Position numbers and translations under genes: made by a program
Assembly: GCA_918797485.1 (NCBI GenBank)
Contig: CAKKNE010000005.1
Location: forward strand, 4,836,001 to 4,900,000
Direction: 5' to 3'
Length of the DNA: 64,000 nucleotides
Source: Pelagomonas calceolata
Taxonomy: Eukaryota
The notes under the pieces: generated by a model
Databases searched by the model: none
Seen by the model: the letters and a program-made list of their open reading frames with translations, nothing else
Told to the model about the DNA's origin: nothing
Shown: positions 38,861-51,437 of the stretch, piece after piece
How positions within the stretch are numbered: position 1 is the stretch's first letter
How the letters are laid out: each line of letters starts with the position of its first letter

Positions 38861-41795
38861 CTAGCCCATCACGGTCTTGGAGGACTTGCCCGTGCTCGCG
38901 TAGAACGGGTTGTACTGCTTGAAGGTCGTGACGATCTCGTCGTCGGGCCCCAGCGACATGATGAAGTCGAGGCGCTCGAGGATCTTCGGGAGCACCTCGT
39001 CGTGCTTCGACTTGTCGAAGCCCGTCAGCGCGATGCGCAGCACGCCCGTGTCAACGAGCACGGGGCAGCCCAGCCGAAGGCTGAGTTCGCGGAACCCTTT
39101 ATTGGATAGGCCGAGCTTTTCCAATTTATCGCGCACATCCAACGTGATGAACGGCGGGCCGTCCGGCCGCGCCAAATAGTCGCAGCCCCACCGCGCCTTG
39201 TGTTCATCCACGAAGGCCAGCATGGGCTTCTGGAGCTTCTCCCACACGCTCGGCATGTAGGCGTCATCTAAGGTGTCGCGGTAGTAGGGCAGGTCGTGCA
39301 CAAAGACACTGGTAGGCCCCGTCGCGACCCGCTGGTAGTGGTCCACGAGGAAGGGCAACGAATCCTTGTCGGCCATGTACAGCGCCGGCTGGCCCGACGC
39401 GTACATCGACTTCGACGTACTCAACACAGCCACATAAATTTGATTCTTGTGCGGCATGCCGTCGTCGCGGTACCGCTTCCCCGAGTCCTGCTGCTGCGGC
39501 TGGTAGCCCTGATACGCAATATCGTGGATCACGGACACGTTGGGGCAGTCCCGGACCACGGCGTGGAACTCCTCGACCTCCTCTTCGTTCATCGTGATCG
39601 CCGTCGGGTTGTGCGGCTCCAACAGCAATAGCACCACAGGCTCATCTGGTAAAGCCTCGGCCGAGGCCTTGCGCGTCGCCTCGAAGAGGGCCTTGAAGCG
39701 CCCTCCCGGCTGCACCTCGACGATCTCGTGCTGCGACGTGTTCCGCGCCGCGTCGATCGTGGAGGCGTACGTCGGCACGTGGCAGACGACCTTGCCCGGC
39801 TTGAATAAAGAGAGGAGGTGCTGGAGCAATACTTTCGAGCGTAGCGCGGAGATGGCGACCTGCCGCGGCTGGACGTCGACACCTAGTCTCTGAAAAATGT
39901 CCGCCACTATCTGTTTATCTTTCGGCGTCGCGTGCGTGACGTAGCCCCTACTAACATTCTTGAACTCCGTGCGGTCCGGCGTATCTCTATAAACGCCGCC
40001 GATCGTCAGGTTGTAGAACGGCGGCGGCGGTACTGGTGAAGAGGAGGACGCGCCGGGTAGACCAGACGTAACTTGCAAATTCTCGTAGAAGGCCTTGTAC
40101 TCTCCTAACCTTTCCTGGAAGGACATGGCGTGCTCGCCCATGTCGCGTAAACCCGTCACGAACGTGTCGGGGATGACGGGCTTCTGGAAGTGGTGCGCCT
40201 GGATCTTCACGAGCTGGACGGGGTCGTAGGCCGCCTCCACGTTCGTCTTGATGGTGTCGACCTCCGGCGTCTCGAGCCAGGACCGTTCCTCGTTCCACTT
40301 GAAGTCGTTCGAGAGCGGCTCGTTGTCGCCCTCGACGCGGCGGAAGGCCTCCAGCAAAGCGCGCATCTCCGGCGTCTGGCAGACGCCCACCGCATCAATC
40401 ACGTCCTCGAGGAGCGGCTCCGACGGGCGCCGCTCGAAGACCGCTAAAGCATGGGTGGGCGGGTGGTTCGACGGGATGCGCTTGCCATTATCATCCAGCT
40501 CCGTCCAGTAGAGCTTCGCCGCGTCCAAGACACTAGCTTTGTTGATGCCGACGTCCTCGAAGAGCTCCTCGTGGACGTCGTGGTACTCGCCGACGGCTTT
40601 CAACGACATGTCGCGCGCCGCCGCGATCTGGTCCCTGACGACGCCCAGGCGGTCCTGTCCTACCAGTTCCCCAAAAGCCCCCTCAACATCAAAATCCGGG
40701 TGGAGGACGCCGTACGGCAGGGGCCCCTCCAACGTCTTCCCATTCAACTCCGCGTGGTGCTGCACGACCTTCGTGACGATGGCCGCGCCGTAGTTGCCGC
40801 CAATGTTGTTCGCCGTCTTCGCGAGCTTGCCCGACACGGCCTCCGGCCGTAAAGTCACGTGCGTGTCCTCGGCGCCGGCGTCCGTCGCGTCTAGTAATTT
40901 AAACCACTCCGTGAAGTTCTGGGCCTTCTCGAGCGTCTTGGGAGAGACCTCCTGGTTCAGGGCGACGCCGCCGCCCCCCAGCAACTCGTAGGCTCCAAAC
41001 ACCCACTTCGCGCCGGGCTGGAGCACCGTCGCGGCGCGCGTGTCCGTCGCCGACATCTTGACGAACATGGCGGCGTCGATGCCTGCGTTTATTCGTGTCT
41101 CTCGTTCGACGGCGTCATGAGCGTCCAGCTCTGTCGAGGCGACGACGTCGCGTCGACGGCGTCTCGACGCCGTCGCGGCGACGACCGGAAGGCGTCGACG
41201 ACAGAAAGGACGCCGAAACGAGACCGACGACGTTCTCGAGGATGGCCTTCTTCTCCGGGTGGCGCTCCACGTACTTCTGGGCCGCGTCGGCGAGCATGCG
41301 CGCCGACGGGCCGTTCTGCGCCGTGACGACGAACTCCGTGGCCGGGCCCATGCTGTCGAAGATCTCATCGTAGTCGCCGCCGAGCTGTCTTCCATTCAAG
41401 ACGATGCGCGGGCTCGCGATCTTCTCCCCCAATTCCTTGATGACGCTCGTCTGGGGCAGCTTGATGTCGCCGGCGGGCACGACGTACTCGTCTCCTCTGT
41501 GATGGAGCGTCACGCCGTCCTTTTCGATGTCGTCGGCGTAGCGGCTCACCAACGAGAGGTTCGAGGAGACCTGGGACATGAGCGCGAGGAGCGTGTTGTT
41601 CACGGCGCCGGCGCCGAAGGCGACGATGCCCTCGTCCTCCTTGAAGCCGAGCTTGTTCGCGGCGTCGACCTTGGACGGCTGGAGGCCCGAGACCACCTCG
41701 GGGCCCTGGTCCGGCAGGCTGGCGAGGGTGCGCGCGTGCACCGGCGTCTTCGCCAGCGCCGCGGCGGCGTGGCGGGCTCTCTGTACGAAGAGCAT
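38861..41795 (-). CDS. Ketopantoate-reductase-like Rossmann domain fused to a class I/II PLP aminotransferase; exons 41795-41225, 41082-38861
   Basis: Mitochondrial-like presequence; AFGAGAVN..LVSR..IEKDGVTL..TAQNG; PTY, EPHNPT, HDIAY, STSKS, LRIA. Confidence 0.78.
41083..41224 (-). other. GT-AG intron carrying the introner internal motif
   Basis: Frame ENVVG|IDAAM; cgcgtcgacggcgt at 41149. Confidence 0.75.
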
Positions 41796-42161
41796 CTTTG
41801 TCTTGGGTCACTGAGCTCGGAGCAGTGCGTGTTCGCGAGGCGCGCAGAGTTCTTTCGGCGCGGTGGTGGCGTCGACAGAGTGTCACTTACACTCCTGAAC
41901 GCTGTTGGAAGCCGTCTAGCTCCGCTCGGAGCGCGTTTTGGCAGCTCTTTTTGCGGCTGATGTGTCTAAAAAATCGCATCGGAAGATGCTCTGACGCGCG
42001 GAGAACGCGTCAGCCACCCGTCCAAGGGGCCTCTCGATGCGTGAAACCCGCGTCGAGAGCTAGGGCCAGGAAACGACGTACCCGCACGGCATCCGATCGA
42101 GTTGGCCTCGGCATAAAATCGACTTGCCTGATCGCATAAATAACTCGCTGCGAGTAGAAAT

Positions 42162-43636
42162 ATGCTCACCTACGCCACAAGGTCAGCCCTGCTCCTGAGG
42201 CCGCTCATTCAGAGCACCAGAGCAACGGCTCGAGCTCTCTCAGCCACCCCTTACCTGGACCGCACGCAGCAGGGCCCGGTGTGGCCCACATTAACACAAA
42301 AACCGGACGAGAAAACCCTGGAGAAGGACGGCAAGGGCGTCTGCGCCTGGCTCGGCTCCGCGAGCTCGAAACCGGCGGACCTTGACGCACAGCTCGCCGC
42401 GCGCGTCTACGACCTCTACCTGCCCGTCTACTACTGGTGCAAAGACGTCGTGGAGAAGAACCCCACCAAACCGACGGTCATCTTCATGAGCGCGCCGCAA
42501 GGCTGCGGGAAGACGACGATCTGCGACGCTTTGGTCGAGCGCTTCGCGGCCGACGGCAAGCAGTGCGCCGCTCTGTCGTACGACGACTTCTACCTGACGC
42601 ACGCGGAACAGAACGAGGTCGCGAAGACCCACGAGCACAACCGGCTCCTGGAGTTAAGGGGCAACGGCGGCACGCACGACCTCCAGCTCTTCGACGACGT
42701 GCTGACCTGTGTGGAAATCAAATTTCTCGCGGCGCGTCTCCACGCCATCGACGCGACGCCTGCTCGATAGCGTGGCGATGTCGGTTCTTCACCGCTCGAC
42801 GGAGCTAGCACGGCCGCGCCATCACCGAGAAATGACTTAGTGAAGAATTGTCGGGTGCACCCGACGCACTGGTTGATTCGTGCTGAATCGTCGCGTCGAC
42901 CTCCACGCCATCGACGCGACGCCTGCTCGATGGCGTGGCGGTTTGGGTCTCTCACCGCTCGACCGAGCCAGCACGGCAGCCTCATCGCCGAGAAACGACT
43001 TCGTGAAGAATTGTCGGGTGCACCCGATACACTGGTTGATTTCCACACAGGTCCTGACCGCCCTGAAACGCGACGGCAAGGCGAAGGCGCCGCGCTACGA
43101 CAAGACGGCCTTCGGCGGCTTCGGCGACCGCGCCGGGCTCGTGGACGTCGAGGGCGCGGACGTCGTGCTGGTTGAGGGTTGGATGGCGGGGTTCAAGCCC
43201 GTAGCGTCCCGCGTCGACGCGTCGACGGCGCCGAGGGGGTCACGGTCGCATCGACGGAGCCGAGGGGGTCACGGTCGCATCGACGCAGGTCGGCGCCGCC
43301 GCCGCGACGGCAGTCGACGTGGACCTTGGCGCCGTCGACGCGTGCCTGGGCGCCTACGCGCGGTGGGACGCGCACGCCGACGCGTGGCTCGTCGTCGCGA
43401 TCGATTCGCCGGCGGACACGGTCTACGGCTGGCGCCGCGAGGCCGAGCGCCGCGCGGGCGGCGGCCTGAGCGACGAGCAGGTCCGGGACTTCGTCGGGCG
43501 CTTCCTGCCTTCTTATGAAGCGTATTGCCCGGCATTATACGCGGCGGCGGCGGGCAGTGGCGTCGACGCGAAGCCCACGCTGCGGCTCGACGTCGACACG
43601 ACGCGGTCCCCCGTCGGCGCGGTGCGCGGCGGCTAG
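42162..43636 (+). CDS. GLYK: D-glycerate 3-kinase; exons 42162-42698, 43051-43200, 43289-43636
   Basis: YLPVYYW, SAPQGCGKTT, SYDDFYLT, LLELRGNGGTHD, PRYDK, VEGWMAGF, VYGWRREAE, FVGRFLPSY. Confidence 0.92.
42707..43050. mobile_element. Dimeric introner (internal body duplicated); intron 42699-43050 (plus, GT)
   Basis: TIRs present; TSD gtgctgac/gtcctgac; two copies of the ctccacgccatcgacgcg...cactggttgatt body. Confidence 0.93.
43201..43288 (+). other. GT-AG intron with a 30-bp tandem repeat
   Basis: Frame GFKP|VGAAA; ccgagggggtcacggtcgcatcgacg x2. Confidence 0.8.
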
Positions 43637-43977
43637 CCTAGTGTTGTGCTTAACTCTATTGTCCATATCTGCGTATTCTTACGGTGCTAGGACTAGTTTT
43701 TGGAGCCCCAGGACTAGTGGTGCAAAAAACTAATTGCTAGCGTCTGTGAGACACTAGCCAGCTCCGAGAGGATCAGTGTGATTCACGCTGCTAAATGCGT
43801 ACAGGAAGCACCGATTTAGATAAAATTCGCAAGACAAAAATTACACGATAACCCACAATGCTAGCGACCTTTGTTCTCGACGGCGCGATGACGACGACGC
43901 GGGCTCGCGGGTAAATTTCATTATTATAAAAGATACATAAACAAAAACATAATGCTCCCCGCCGTCGTCGAGCACAA

Positions 43978-46900
43978 CTAGTACTTGAACGCCACCGCCA
44001 TGCGATGGAACTTTTCCAGCACGACGGGCGCGATGGCGTTGAGCGACTCGTGGATGAGCTCGAGGAAGAAGTGCTCCGCGTCCTCGTCCGACAGGTCGAG
44101 CCGGAAGCGGTCCTGGAATTTTTGGGAAGCGTCCTCGCTCAGGTGCTCGACGCCCGCGTCCTTCATCAGCGACATTAAATTCAGTAACAGGGGCGCGTGG
44201 CGTCGCAAGCAACAATACGCCTGGCAGCACTTGGTTCGGAACTCCGTCCAATTGGCTCCGTCCGGGTAGCCCATGGCCTCGGCCATCTCTCGAGTTAACC
44301 GGAACGGCGGCGGGTACGGCTTTGGATCTCTACCGAGGATGAAGCCGAAGTCGATGTGGAAGAGCTGGCCGTTCTTGCGGACCATGATGTTGTCTAAATG
44401 GCGATCGCCGACGCCGAGGAGATATGTAATCACGCAGTACCCGGCGCACGACTTCGTGAACGCGTCGACGGCGTCCGCTCTGACGCCGTTCGGCGCCGCG
44501 GCGTCGGGGTTATTCGATCTCAGATAATTCAGGATCGACGACTGATTCTCGGCGAGAATGTCGGATATGGCCTTCGAGTCCTCTACAAATTGCACGATGC
44601 CGCTCGAGGCCCCCGTAGCTAGAGCCCCGTAGCAAGTCAGCTTCATGTCCAGGTTCACGCGCTTAAGCAATAAATCCATAAGAAGTACAAACCTGTGCGG
44701 AAATCAAACATTCGGGCGCCCCGCATGTTGAAGGTTTCTCGAATAAGCGAACACTGGTTGATTTCCACACAGGCACTGACTGCAGCACGACCTGGTCCTG
44801 CCGCAAATCGTCGCCGTGTTTAACAATGACTCGGTACGGTTTTGTAGTTGTGGGCTCGTCCGGTGCCGTCGGCGGCTTCGCGGGTTTGTCACCGAAGGCC
44901 GCGTCTCGTAACGCGTCGAAGAAGCCGCCGTCCTGCGTGAACGATATGAGGCGCGTCGAAGGCGTGGAGCATCACACATTGAAGCCACGAAGGTACACCG
45001 AGGCGCGCGGTCGACGGCGCCCGCTTCCTTGGCGGCGGCGGTGGAGGCATTTGCGGCGGCGCCGCAGTCGTCTGCGGCCTTCGAACCGTGAATCCAACGA
45101 GCGAAGGCGTCAAGGCGGATTTAAACATGGTCGGCGACGAAGTCGGCGCGTGCAGACCGCTTATCATAACATCTGGATCGAGTGGGCACGGGACGCCGCG
45201 CTCGACAACTAAGGATGGCGTCCGCAGCGCTCCAAGCGCCTCCCTCAACTTCTTCTGCTTCTGAGGTGCTCTCCCCTTCTCGTCTTTGGCGCGCGCCTGC
45301 GCCTCCAAGACGCCGACGATGAGTTCCTCCTGGGCTCGCAGCGTCGCATACACGTCTGGCGCTTTCTCGGCGAGGTCCTCGGCGAATCTACCTCTAAACA
45401 CGCGATACGTAGCACAGGACTGCTCGTCGGTCGCGTCCTCCGCCTGCGTGAGAATTGAGGCGTCGCGTCGATGGCGTAGAGGGGGGGGGAAACGCGACAT
45501 ATCGAAGCTGTTTGACGCCGCATGCGCACGCCTACTTTCAGATACCACCACACGAAATTTGCGACCGCGATTGATTGCGCAGCTCTCTCCGAAAGAAAGC
45601 TAGCGAGAGGCGAACGACCCTTCTCGTCCTTCTCGTCGTAGCGCAGCGCTTGCACGAGCTGTAGCAAGTAAGTAACTAGCTCGATGTCAGACGCCTGGCG
45701 AAGAGCGTCGACGGCGAAGGCTCGCACGACGCGTCGCTGGTAGGCTTGATCTGGTCCCAATAGTTTAATGGCATCCGCCACATCTATCCGAGTCCACTGC
45801 TTGAGTAAAGCAGGTACCTGTGCTACTTCCGTCGCGTCGCGCCAATCAACGGCTAACAAGAACTTCGGGAGGGCTTTCTTCTCCCCCGTAAGCGCATGCC
45901 GGAACTTCCACAGCAGCTCGAGGTCCGACGACGCGAGCGAATCGCCGGGCGCCGACATAACGCGCTTTAGCGCTCTTCCTTCCTCAGCGTCGGGCCGCAG
46001 CTCTGTGTCGACCAAGGCGCGCGTCGCGTCTCTGGCTAGCGCACCTGCGCGGGAATTGCGGTGAGTGACGCGCCGCGTCGATGGCGTGACGCTGGAAACG
46101 CGCGATACTTCTCCTCCGCGGGCGTTCCGCGAGCGGCCTGGGCTTCGTCATCATCGAAGTCGTAGACGATCACGTCATTGTTCGTCTCGAGTCCCGCCTG
46201 CTTCAGCGCCTCACTGAGTTTCGAGGCATCGTCGCCGGTATCAGCGGCGTCCGCGACCAGTCGGGCCAGCGCAGCATCCACATCGGGCGCCACCGGCGGC
46301 GGGCCGTAGGGCCGCTCCTCCCAGAGCACAGGGTGGTCGAACTTGGGCAATTCGACACAAAGGAAGGCTCTATCAGCCATCGCGCGCTCGTCGTCGTGGC
46401 AGTGCGGCGCCCGCAGCCACTTCTCCCGATCATTTAAGGCGGCCCGCTGCTCGCCGATGCGCTTCAACGCGAGGTCGTCGAGCCAGTCCTCCCGCTCGTC
46501 CAGGATCGACCCGTGGTCGCCGCCGAAGCCCTCGCGAAAGACCTCGGCCCGAAACAAGTGGTCGTGCGGCGCATATCTTTTATACCCGCCCTCGGCCTCG
46601 GCGTCGCCGCGCAGCTCCCCGTGGAAGGCGCCCAGCCGGCCGCCGACCTCGGCGCTCGCGTGCGCCGCCTCGAGCTCGGCCTCGGCGGCCTCGGCGTCGT
46701 CGTGGAGCGCCAGCTTCTGCAGCCCGCCGCGGAAGACGCCCCGGGCGTCGAAGACGGGCAGCGACGCCGCCGCGACGATGGCGCCGGCGCCGTCGCGCAC
46801 CGTGAACACGAGCAGGCTGTCGCGGCTCAGGTCCCGCACGCGCACGGGCAGGCCCAGGGCCTCGCCGTAGAAGAACGCGACGCGCTGCTCGTCGTACGAC

Positions 46901-47124
46901 GCCGCGCCGCTCGTCTCCGCCTCGACGGCGTGGAGCGGCGCCCCGTTGTTCAGGACCTGGCAGCCGACCGACAGGTCCGCGTCGCCGCCCTCGCGCCAGC
47001 GCGACGCGTTCCCGTGGATGCCCGCGGGGTCGACGCGGTTGAGCGGCAGCTCGAGGTAGCAGACGCCGACCTCCAGCTCGGCGCTCAGGGAATGCGAGCT
47101 GTAAAAGGGAAAGCTTTTGTACAT
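43978..47124 (-). CDS. VPS34: Class III phosphatidylinositol 3-kinase; exons 47124-46104, 46044-45536, 45443-44997, 44932-44781, 44692-43978
   Basis: C2 domain, YLLQLVQALRY, MFKSALTP, KHGDDLRQDQ, SCAGYCVITYLLGVGDRHLDN, HIDFGFILGRDPKP; all four introns restore frame. Confidence 0.95.
44693..44772. mobile_element. Introner element (short); intron 44780-44693 (minus, GT)
   Basis: TIRs present; TSD 5/8; splits the Q codon in QDQVVLQFV. Confidence 0.9.
44933..44996 (-). other. Short GT-AG intron with introner motif
   Basis: cgcgtcgaaggcgt at 44952; frame restored. Confidence 0.7.
45444..45535 (-). other. GT-AG intron with introner motif
   Basis: cgcgtcgatggcgt at 45464; WYLK|AED. Confidence 0.8.
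46045..46103 (-). other. GC-AG intron with introner motif
   Basis: cgcgtcgatggcgt at 46074; EEKYR|ALAR. Confidence 0.7.
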
Positions 47125-47322
47125 GGTTGGTTCTCGGCCTCTCGCGCGTCGATGGCGTGCGCTCCTGTATGTATGGTTCACAGCCTCGCGTCGATGCGTG
47201 AGTGCCTGTTTCGCGCAAGCCCTGCTCAGTGCTGTTCACAGGCGCTCTCCGCGCTCGCGCCACCAAATGATGACCGGCGAATGGCGCAAAATGCCGCCAA
47301 AAACGCTGCGCGTGAAAGACTT

Positions 47323-47346
47323 GCTAGTGTGTAACTGGACGCTAGC
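47323..47346. promoter_or_regulatory. Bipartite CTAG motif in a divergent promoter
   Basis: gctagtgtgtaactggacgctagc. Confidence 0.5.
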
Positions 47347-47564
47347 TTGTAGACGCCGCAGCGCTCAATTTTACGCGATGTGTGCGTGATTTTGCCATCG
47401 CATCAGTGCCTCAGACTCTGCAAGTGACCGCTGCTGCGCAGCGCGAAGCATCGAGCGCTGCACACCCTTTTGGTGTGGTGAGCCGAAAATCGGGACGCGC
47501 GGCGGCGGGAGCGCGAAGCGCTGCTTCGGGAGCCGCGCAGCGGCGGAACGGAACGCTAGCGAAC

Positions 47565-48347
47565 ATGGCCGAAACCGCCAAGACGAACCGCCGGCGGCGG
47601 CGCACGGAGCACTTCGTCGCGACGAATCCCGAGGACGACCGCGCATTCCAGGAGTCGCTGCGGCTCGCGCTCGCCATGTCCGCGGCCGAGGCCGCGGGCG
47701 CGCCGCCGCCGCCGCCGCCCGCGCCGCCGCCGCCCGCGCGGCGGTCGCCGCCCGCGCCCAAGAGCGGCCGCGCGTCGTCGCCCACGAAGAAGGCGCCGTC
47801 GCGCAAGGGCGAGGCGGCCCGCGCGCCGAAGCGCCGCAAGAAGAGCGGCGCCGCCCCCGAGTCCGGCGCGCTCGAGGAGAACGCGAACCTCGCGCTCGAG
47901 CCGACGGCGTACGCCGGCGTCGAGAGCGCGCCGGCGGCCCGCAAGTTCCGCGCGACGCTCCCGGCCCGGGGCGGCGGCAAGGGCCAGGTGCTCGGCTGGT
48001 ACGCGACGTCGCTCGAGGCCGCCGCGAGCCACGACGAGGCCGCGCGGCTCAAGGGCCGGCGCACGAACTTCGCGGCGCGGCGCCCGGACAGCGACGAGCT
48101 GCCGCTCTTCGGCCGGCCGCCCGAGCCGAAGCGGCCGCCGCGCGCGCCGTGGTACGAGCGGCTCATCGCCGAGCGCGTCTCGTCGTCGCCGCGTCGCCCG
48201 CCGAAGAAGCCCGCGCCGCCGCCGCCCGCGGCCGACGCGTCTGACGACGACGACCTGCCGGCGGCGGCGGCATCGTGCGCCGCGTGCCGGGGCAAGCACT
48301 GCCGCCACACGTGCGGGCGGCAGACGCGGATGGATGGCGCGTACTAG
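47565..48347 (+). CDS. AP2-domain protein with UIM-like helix and C-terminal CxxC..HxxHxC motif
   Basis: YAGV..KFRATL..LGWYATSLEAAASHDEAA..TNF; LRLALAMS; CAACRGKHCRHTCG. Confidence 0.75.
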   Translation: MAETAKTNRRRRRTEHFVATNPEDDRAFQESLRLALAMSAAEAAGAPPPPPPAPPPPARRSPPAPKSGRASSPTKKAPSRKGEAARAPKRRKKSGAAPESGALEENANLALEPTAYAGVESAPAARKFRATLPARGGGKGQVLGWYATSLEAAASHDEAARLKGRRTNFAARRPDSDELPLFGRPPEPKRPPRAPWYERLIAERVSSSPRRPPKKPAPPPPAADASDDDDLPAAAASCAACRGKHCRHTCGRQTRMDGAY

Positions 48348-48401
48348 GGTATTAGTTGTTGTAAGTTTCAAAAGTCTGGCGCGCAATGTTGGGTTGCTAA
48401 C

Positions 48402-48990
48402 TTACGAACTCCCCGGCGCCGGCGGCGTTTCGCGGGCGCGGAGCGCGGCTCGCGCCTTGAGCAGCTCGCGCCCGACCCCTGCTGTGATCGGGTGCGCGGC
48501 GCCGAGCACGCGCCGCGCGATCCGTTGCGTCTCCTCGAGCGTCGTCACGGCCTCGCGGAGATCGTCGAGCGTGGCGTCGTCGGCTCCGCAAAGCGCCCAC
48601 GCGTAAAGCGACCTCATCCTACAAAATCTTCGCCTGCTCCACCAGGCACGACACGTGCGCGAGTCCCGCCGTCCCTCGACAGGAGCACCCGCGCACGAGG
48701 CCCTCCTTCGTCTTCCAGTGGAGGGCCTGCGTGCAAATGAAGCACGTCTGCCCCTTCGTGTCGTCCGCGCACGCCTCGACCGCGACCGCGACGGCCTCCT
48801 TGTATTTTTTGTTGGCGTGGTATTGTTCCGCGTTGCCGCCGCGGTGTATTTTCTTGCACATCTGCTTGTGGCCGCGGCGCCAGTGGTCGTGCTGGCAAGT
48901 TTTGTTACAATATCTTGTGTGACATCTAATGCATCGCGGCGCGTCGTGGGCCAGTGGGGCGGCGCAGGCGGCGCAGTTTGTGAGGATCAT
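48402..48990 (-). pseudogene. MYND zinc finger plus RING-CH gene with apparent internal deletion and frameshift
   Basis: CAAC..CIRC..YCNKTCQHDHW..HKQMC; CFIC..CSCRGTAGLAHVSCL; stop at AKIL*, followed at once by a coding-like helical tail (LDDLREAVTTLEE..RRVLGAAHP) in another frame. Confidence 0.65.
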
Positions 48991-49151
48991 CTTGCGTTTT
49001 GCGGTGAGTTATTGGCTTTGCGCGGAGGCAAAGTCCGAGAAACCCGTTTTTTTCGTCCCTCGACGCGCTGCGCGATACGGGTCTAATCTAAACCGGGAAT
49101 GATCGAGAAGAGACATCTGACAGACAACCACAACTTAGAGTAGTAGTACAA

Positions 49152-51341
49152 CTATGATCCAACGACCGCCCAGAGCGCGTCCTGGCCCAGGGCGACTTTT
49201 CCGATCGTCTTTTGGCGCGCCTTGCCGCGCTTCTGCTTCTCGAGGAGCTTCTTCTTGCGGTCCTTCCCTAGGACAGCTTTGCTCCCGCCAGTCGTCAACA
49301 CGTCCTTCCGGAGCGGAGCGATGCGTGCTCTCGCCACGACGGCGCCGTTGACGCGGGCCTGGATGATGCACTCGAAGAGCTGGCGCGGGACGTGCCGTCG
49401 CAGCTTCTCGACGGCGCGGCGGCCCCGGTCTCGGGCATCGGCCGACCGCGCGGCGAAGGCCAGCGCCTCCACTGGCTCGCCATTCAGGAGCACGTCGACC
49501 TTCGCGACGTCCGCGGCCTCGTACCGGGGCAATTCGTCGACGGCTAAAGTAGCGTGCCCTCGGGACGCATGCGCCAGGCGCTCGCCCAGTCCGTCGACGA
49601 CGGAGGCCCACGGTGCGGCGCAGGCGATGATCGAGCGGCCGTCGAGTGTCGACTCGATGCCTGTCTGCTGCGCGCGCGCCGTCTCGAGGTGCTCTAGGCC
49701 TGGGTGGAATCAAATTTCAGGTGCCCACGCCAAACCTAACTCACTGGTTGATTTCCACACAGCCCGAGGCAGGCGCCGACGTGTTCGCGCGGCGTCACTA
49801 CTTCGATGTCGACAACCGGTTCCAGTATATCTGAGACCTCGCGGCTTAGTTGCGCGGCGTCCGGCCAGTCGTCGAGGGCTTCGAGCGTCGTTACGTTCCC
49901 ATCCTTCCACCTCACCTTGTAAGGCACTGTCGGGCTCGTGAACAAGACCTCGGCGCCGAATTCGTCACGCAGTCGCTGCCTGAAGACATCCATATGAAGC
50001 AACCCGAGGAAGCCGAGCCGCAGCCCCGCACCCAACGTGGGTCGTGCTTTGGCCTCGCGGCCTGTGCATAAATCAAATTGTCGCGACGTGTCTCCGCCAC
50101 TGCTGAATCGTGGCCTCCACGCCATCGACGCGACGCACTGCTTGATTTCGACACAGCTCATGGCGGACGGTCACGCTCGCATCGTTCAGCGCAAGGCGGT
50201 CGACAGCGCGAGACATCTCATCAAAAAGACCACCATCGGGCGGAAAGACGGACGCGAAAAGGCCAGGCTGCGTCGCCGGCGGCAGCGGATCCACGGGCTC
50301 GAGACGGTCGCGTTCTGTCGCAAGACATAACGTGTCGCCGACGCGCGCCTGGCGCACATCACGCAAGCCCGCCACGAGGTATCCGACGCATCCCGCGTTC
50401 AGGAACCCCGTCCGGTGGTGCGCTGGCGTAAGCAGCCCGAGTTCCTGGACGGTATGCTCCTTGCCGTCTCCTCCTAGGAAGGCAATGCGGTCGCCCTCCC
50501 GCAAAGAACCGTCGACGCACTGGATCACGGCGACGACGCCCCGCGTGATGTCGTAGCGGCCGTCCAGGACGCGGCACCGCGTCGGCCGAGCTCTTCTGTC
50601 GTCCGCGGGTTGTTTAAAAGCGTCGATGATCGCGGGCATCACCCCATCTACGCCGTCACCGCTCTTCGCCGAGACGTAGAGCACGTCCTCCGGATCTTTG
50701 GTAAATTCTAAAGCTGCGAGCTCGAGCGCGACTTCCACCGCATCGGCCGTCGGGAGGTCTATCTTCGACGCGGCGCAAACGAGCGGCACGCCAGCAGCGC
50801 GCGCGGCCGCGGCGACTTTCAAGGTCTGAGCTTCGATACCTTGCGAAGCATCCACAAGTAAGAGCGCGCCGTCGCAGGCGCCGAGGCTCCGCCGCACTTC
50901 GTGGGCGAAGTCCGCGTGGCCCGGCGTATCCACGAGATTCACAAGGTACTCACCAACAAGCATCGACGCCGTCACCGCCTTGACCGTAATGCCCCGCTCG
51001 CGCTCGACGTCCAGCGTGTCTAAAGCCGACTGCCCGACCGCGTCCGTCGAGGCGATGTTGCCGTACATTTCGAGGAGGCGCTGCGCTAATGAGGACTTCC
51101 CGTGGTCAACGTGGGCGACGATGCTGAAGGTGACCGTTTTCTCGACTGGCAGTGCTGCCAGCCGTTGCTCGTCGAGCGCTGTGATCGATGACGCGCAGCG
51201 CTGCGCCAGCGCACGCTTTATGCGCCTGCACTGCGACCGATCGCACTGCGCTGAGACATGCGACGCATTGCGCTGCAGTGCAGCTTGCAAGCGTCTGCGC
51301 GGAGCACCAGGCGCAGCCAAGCGCCGAAGGAATTGCCGCAT
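49152..51341 (-). CDS. GUF1: Mitochondrial translation factor GUF1/LepA (EF4); exons 51341-50165, 50061-49771, 49699-49152
   Basis: IVAHVDHGKSSL, ERERGITVK, DTPGHADF, GFLGLLHMDVF, PRQLF, RKDV, KKLLEKQKRGK. Confidence 0.93.
49700..49762. mobile_element. Introner element (short); intron 49770-49700 (minus, GC donor)
   Basis: TIRs present; TSD ctctaggc/cccgaggc. Confidence 0.88.
50062..50156. mobile_element. Introner element; intron 50164-50062 (minus, GC donor)
   Basis: TIRs present; TSD ctcgcggc/ctcatggc. Confidence 0.9.
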
Positions 51342-51437
51342 CGATGGTTTTGGGGATCAATGCATTTCTTCACGTCCACGAATGATGCACCAACAGCTCG
51401 CAAAGCTGCGATTGGCGGCGCTTGCAAAATGCGATTA

